Origin: an uncultured Acidobacteriota bacterium
GTDB taxonomy: Bacteria > Acidobacteriota > Thermoanaerobaculia > Multivoradales > JAHEKO01
Assembly (NCBI GenBank): GCA_963713825.1
Contig: CAVQNG010000003.1
Span: 1,152,001 to 1,216,000 of the forward strand
Direction: 5' to 3'
DNA: 64,000 nucleotides
Of the stretch, positions 63,766 to 64,000 are shown in pieces. The notes beneath the pieces were generated by a model. It was not told the DNA's origin. It saw only the letters and a program-made list of their open reading frames with translations, and did no database searches. Made by a program: the position numbers and the translations under genes. Position 1 is the stretch's first letter. Each line of letters opens with the position of its first letter.

Positions 63766-64000
63766 AACAGGATCTGAGTTGGTTGCGATTCTGGCGGATC
63801 TGCTGGCTCTGACCGGAGCTCTGTTCTTCTTGATCTCGGCGATAGGACTCCTGCGACTGCCGGACTTCTTCTGCCGCATTCACGCGCCCACCAAGGCAGC
63901 TACGCTCGGCGTCATGCTTCTCGGGCTGAGCGCCTTGGTGCGCAGCCTCGCACAGGGGGAGCTCGTATGGCTGGAGGACCTGGTGATCCTCTTGTTTCTT
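63758..64000 (+). CDS. mrpG: Mrp antiporter subunit G (runs off the window end)
   Basis: 'IGLLRLPDFFCRIHAPTKAATLG'. Confidence 0.88.
   Translation, partial: MSETGSELVAILADLLALTGALFFLISAIGLLRLPDFFCRIHAPTKAATLGVMLLGLSALVRSLAQGELVWLEDLVILLFL

Overview
GC-rich bacterial window of about 50 genes. Repeated 'F(x)(D/E)GFESGD..W' protein tails, a c-di-GMP-I riboswitch and the gene content suggest Acidobacteriota (Thermoanaerobaculia-like); this is inference only. 1-11 kb is a plastic region: a Y1/HUH (RAYT-like) transposase, a nucleotidyltransferase pair and a relic integron whose intI 3' fragment is co-oriented with the array (attI-like site, one complete VOC cassette with attC, one GNAT cassette). 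It also holds a gamma-glutamylcyclotransferase / single-chain glutamate-mutase-like B12 enzyme / ProC-like operon and an IS5 (IS903-group) remnant. 11-20 kb: TolB-like/TPR regulator facing a DUF1254/DUF1214 cluster. 20-25 kb: pentapeptide/channel protein, hybrid kinase and response regulator. 25-53 kb: mostly exported proteins, plus a TetR-linked AhpD-like gene with an in-frame TGA and SECIS-like hairpin (probable selenoprotein), a Cache-fused pentameric ligand-gated-channel-like gene and a VKOR-DsbA fusion. 53-64 kb: apaG, a PPOX/PEP-utilising pair, and nhaR facing a usp-psiE-mrpABCDEFG operon. The best leads are the selenoprotein candidate, the B12 mutase-like operon, the inverted integron and the shared GFESGD tail. 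All calls come from reading motifs by eye; no database searches were run.
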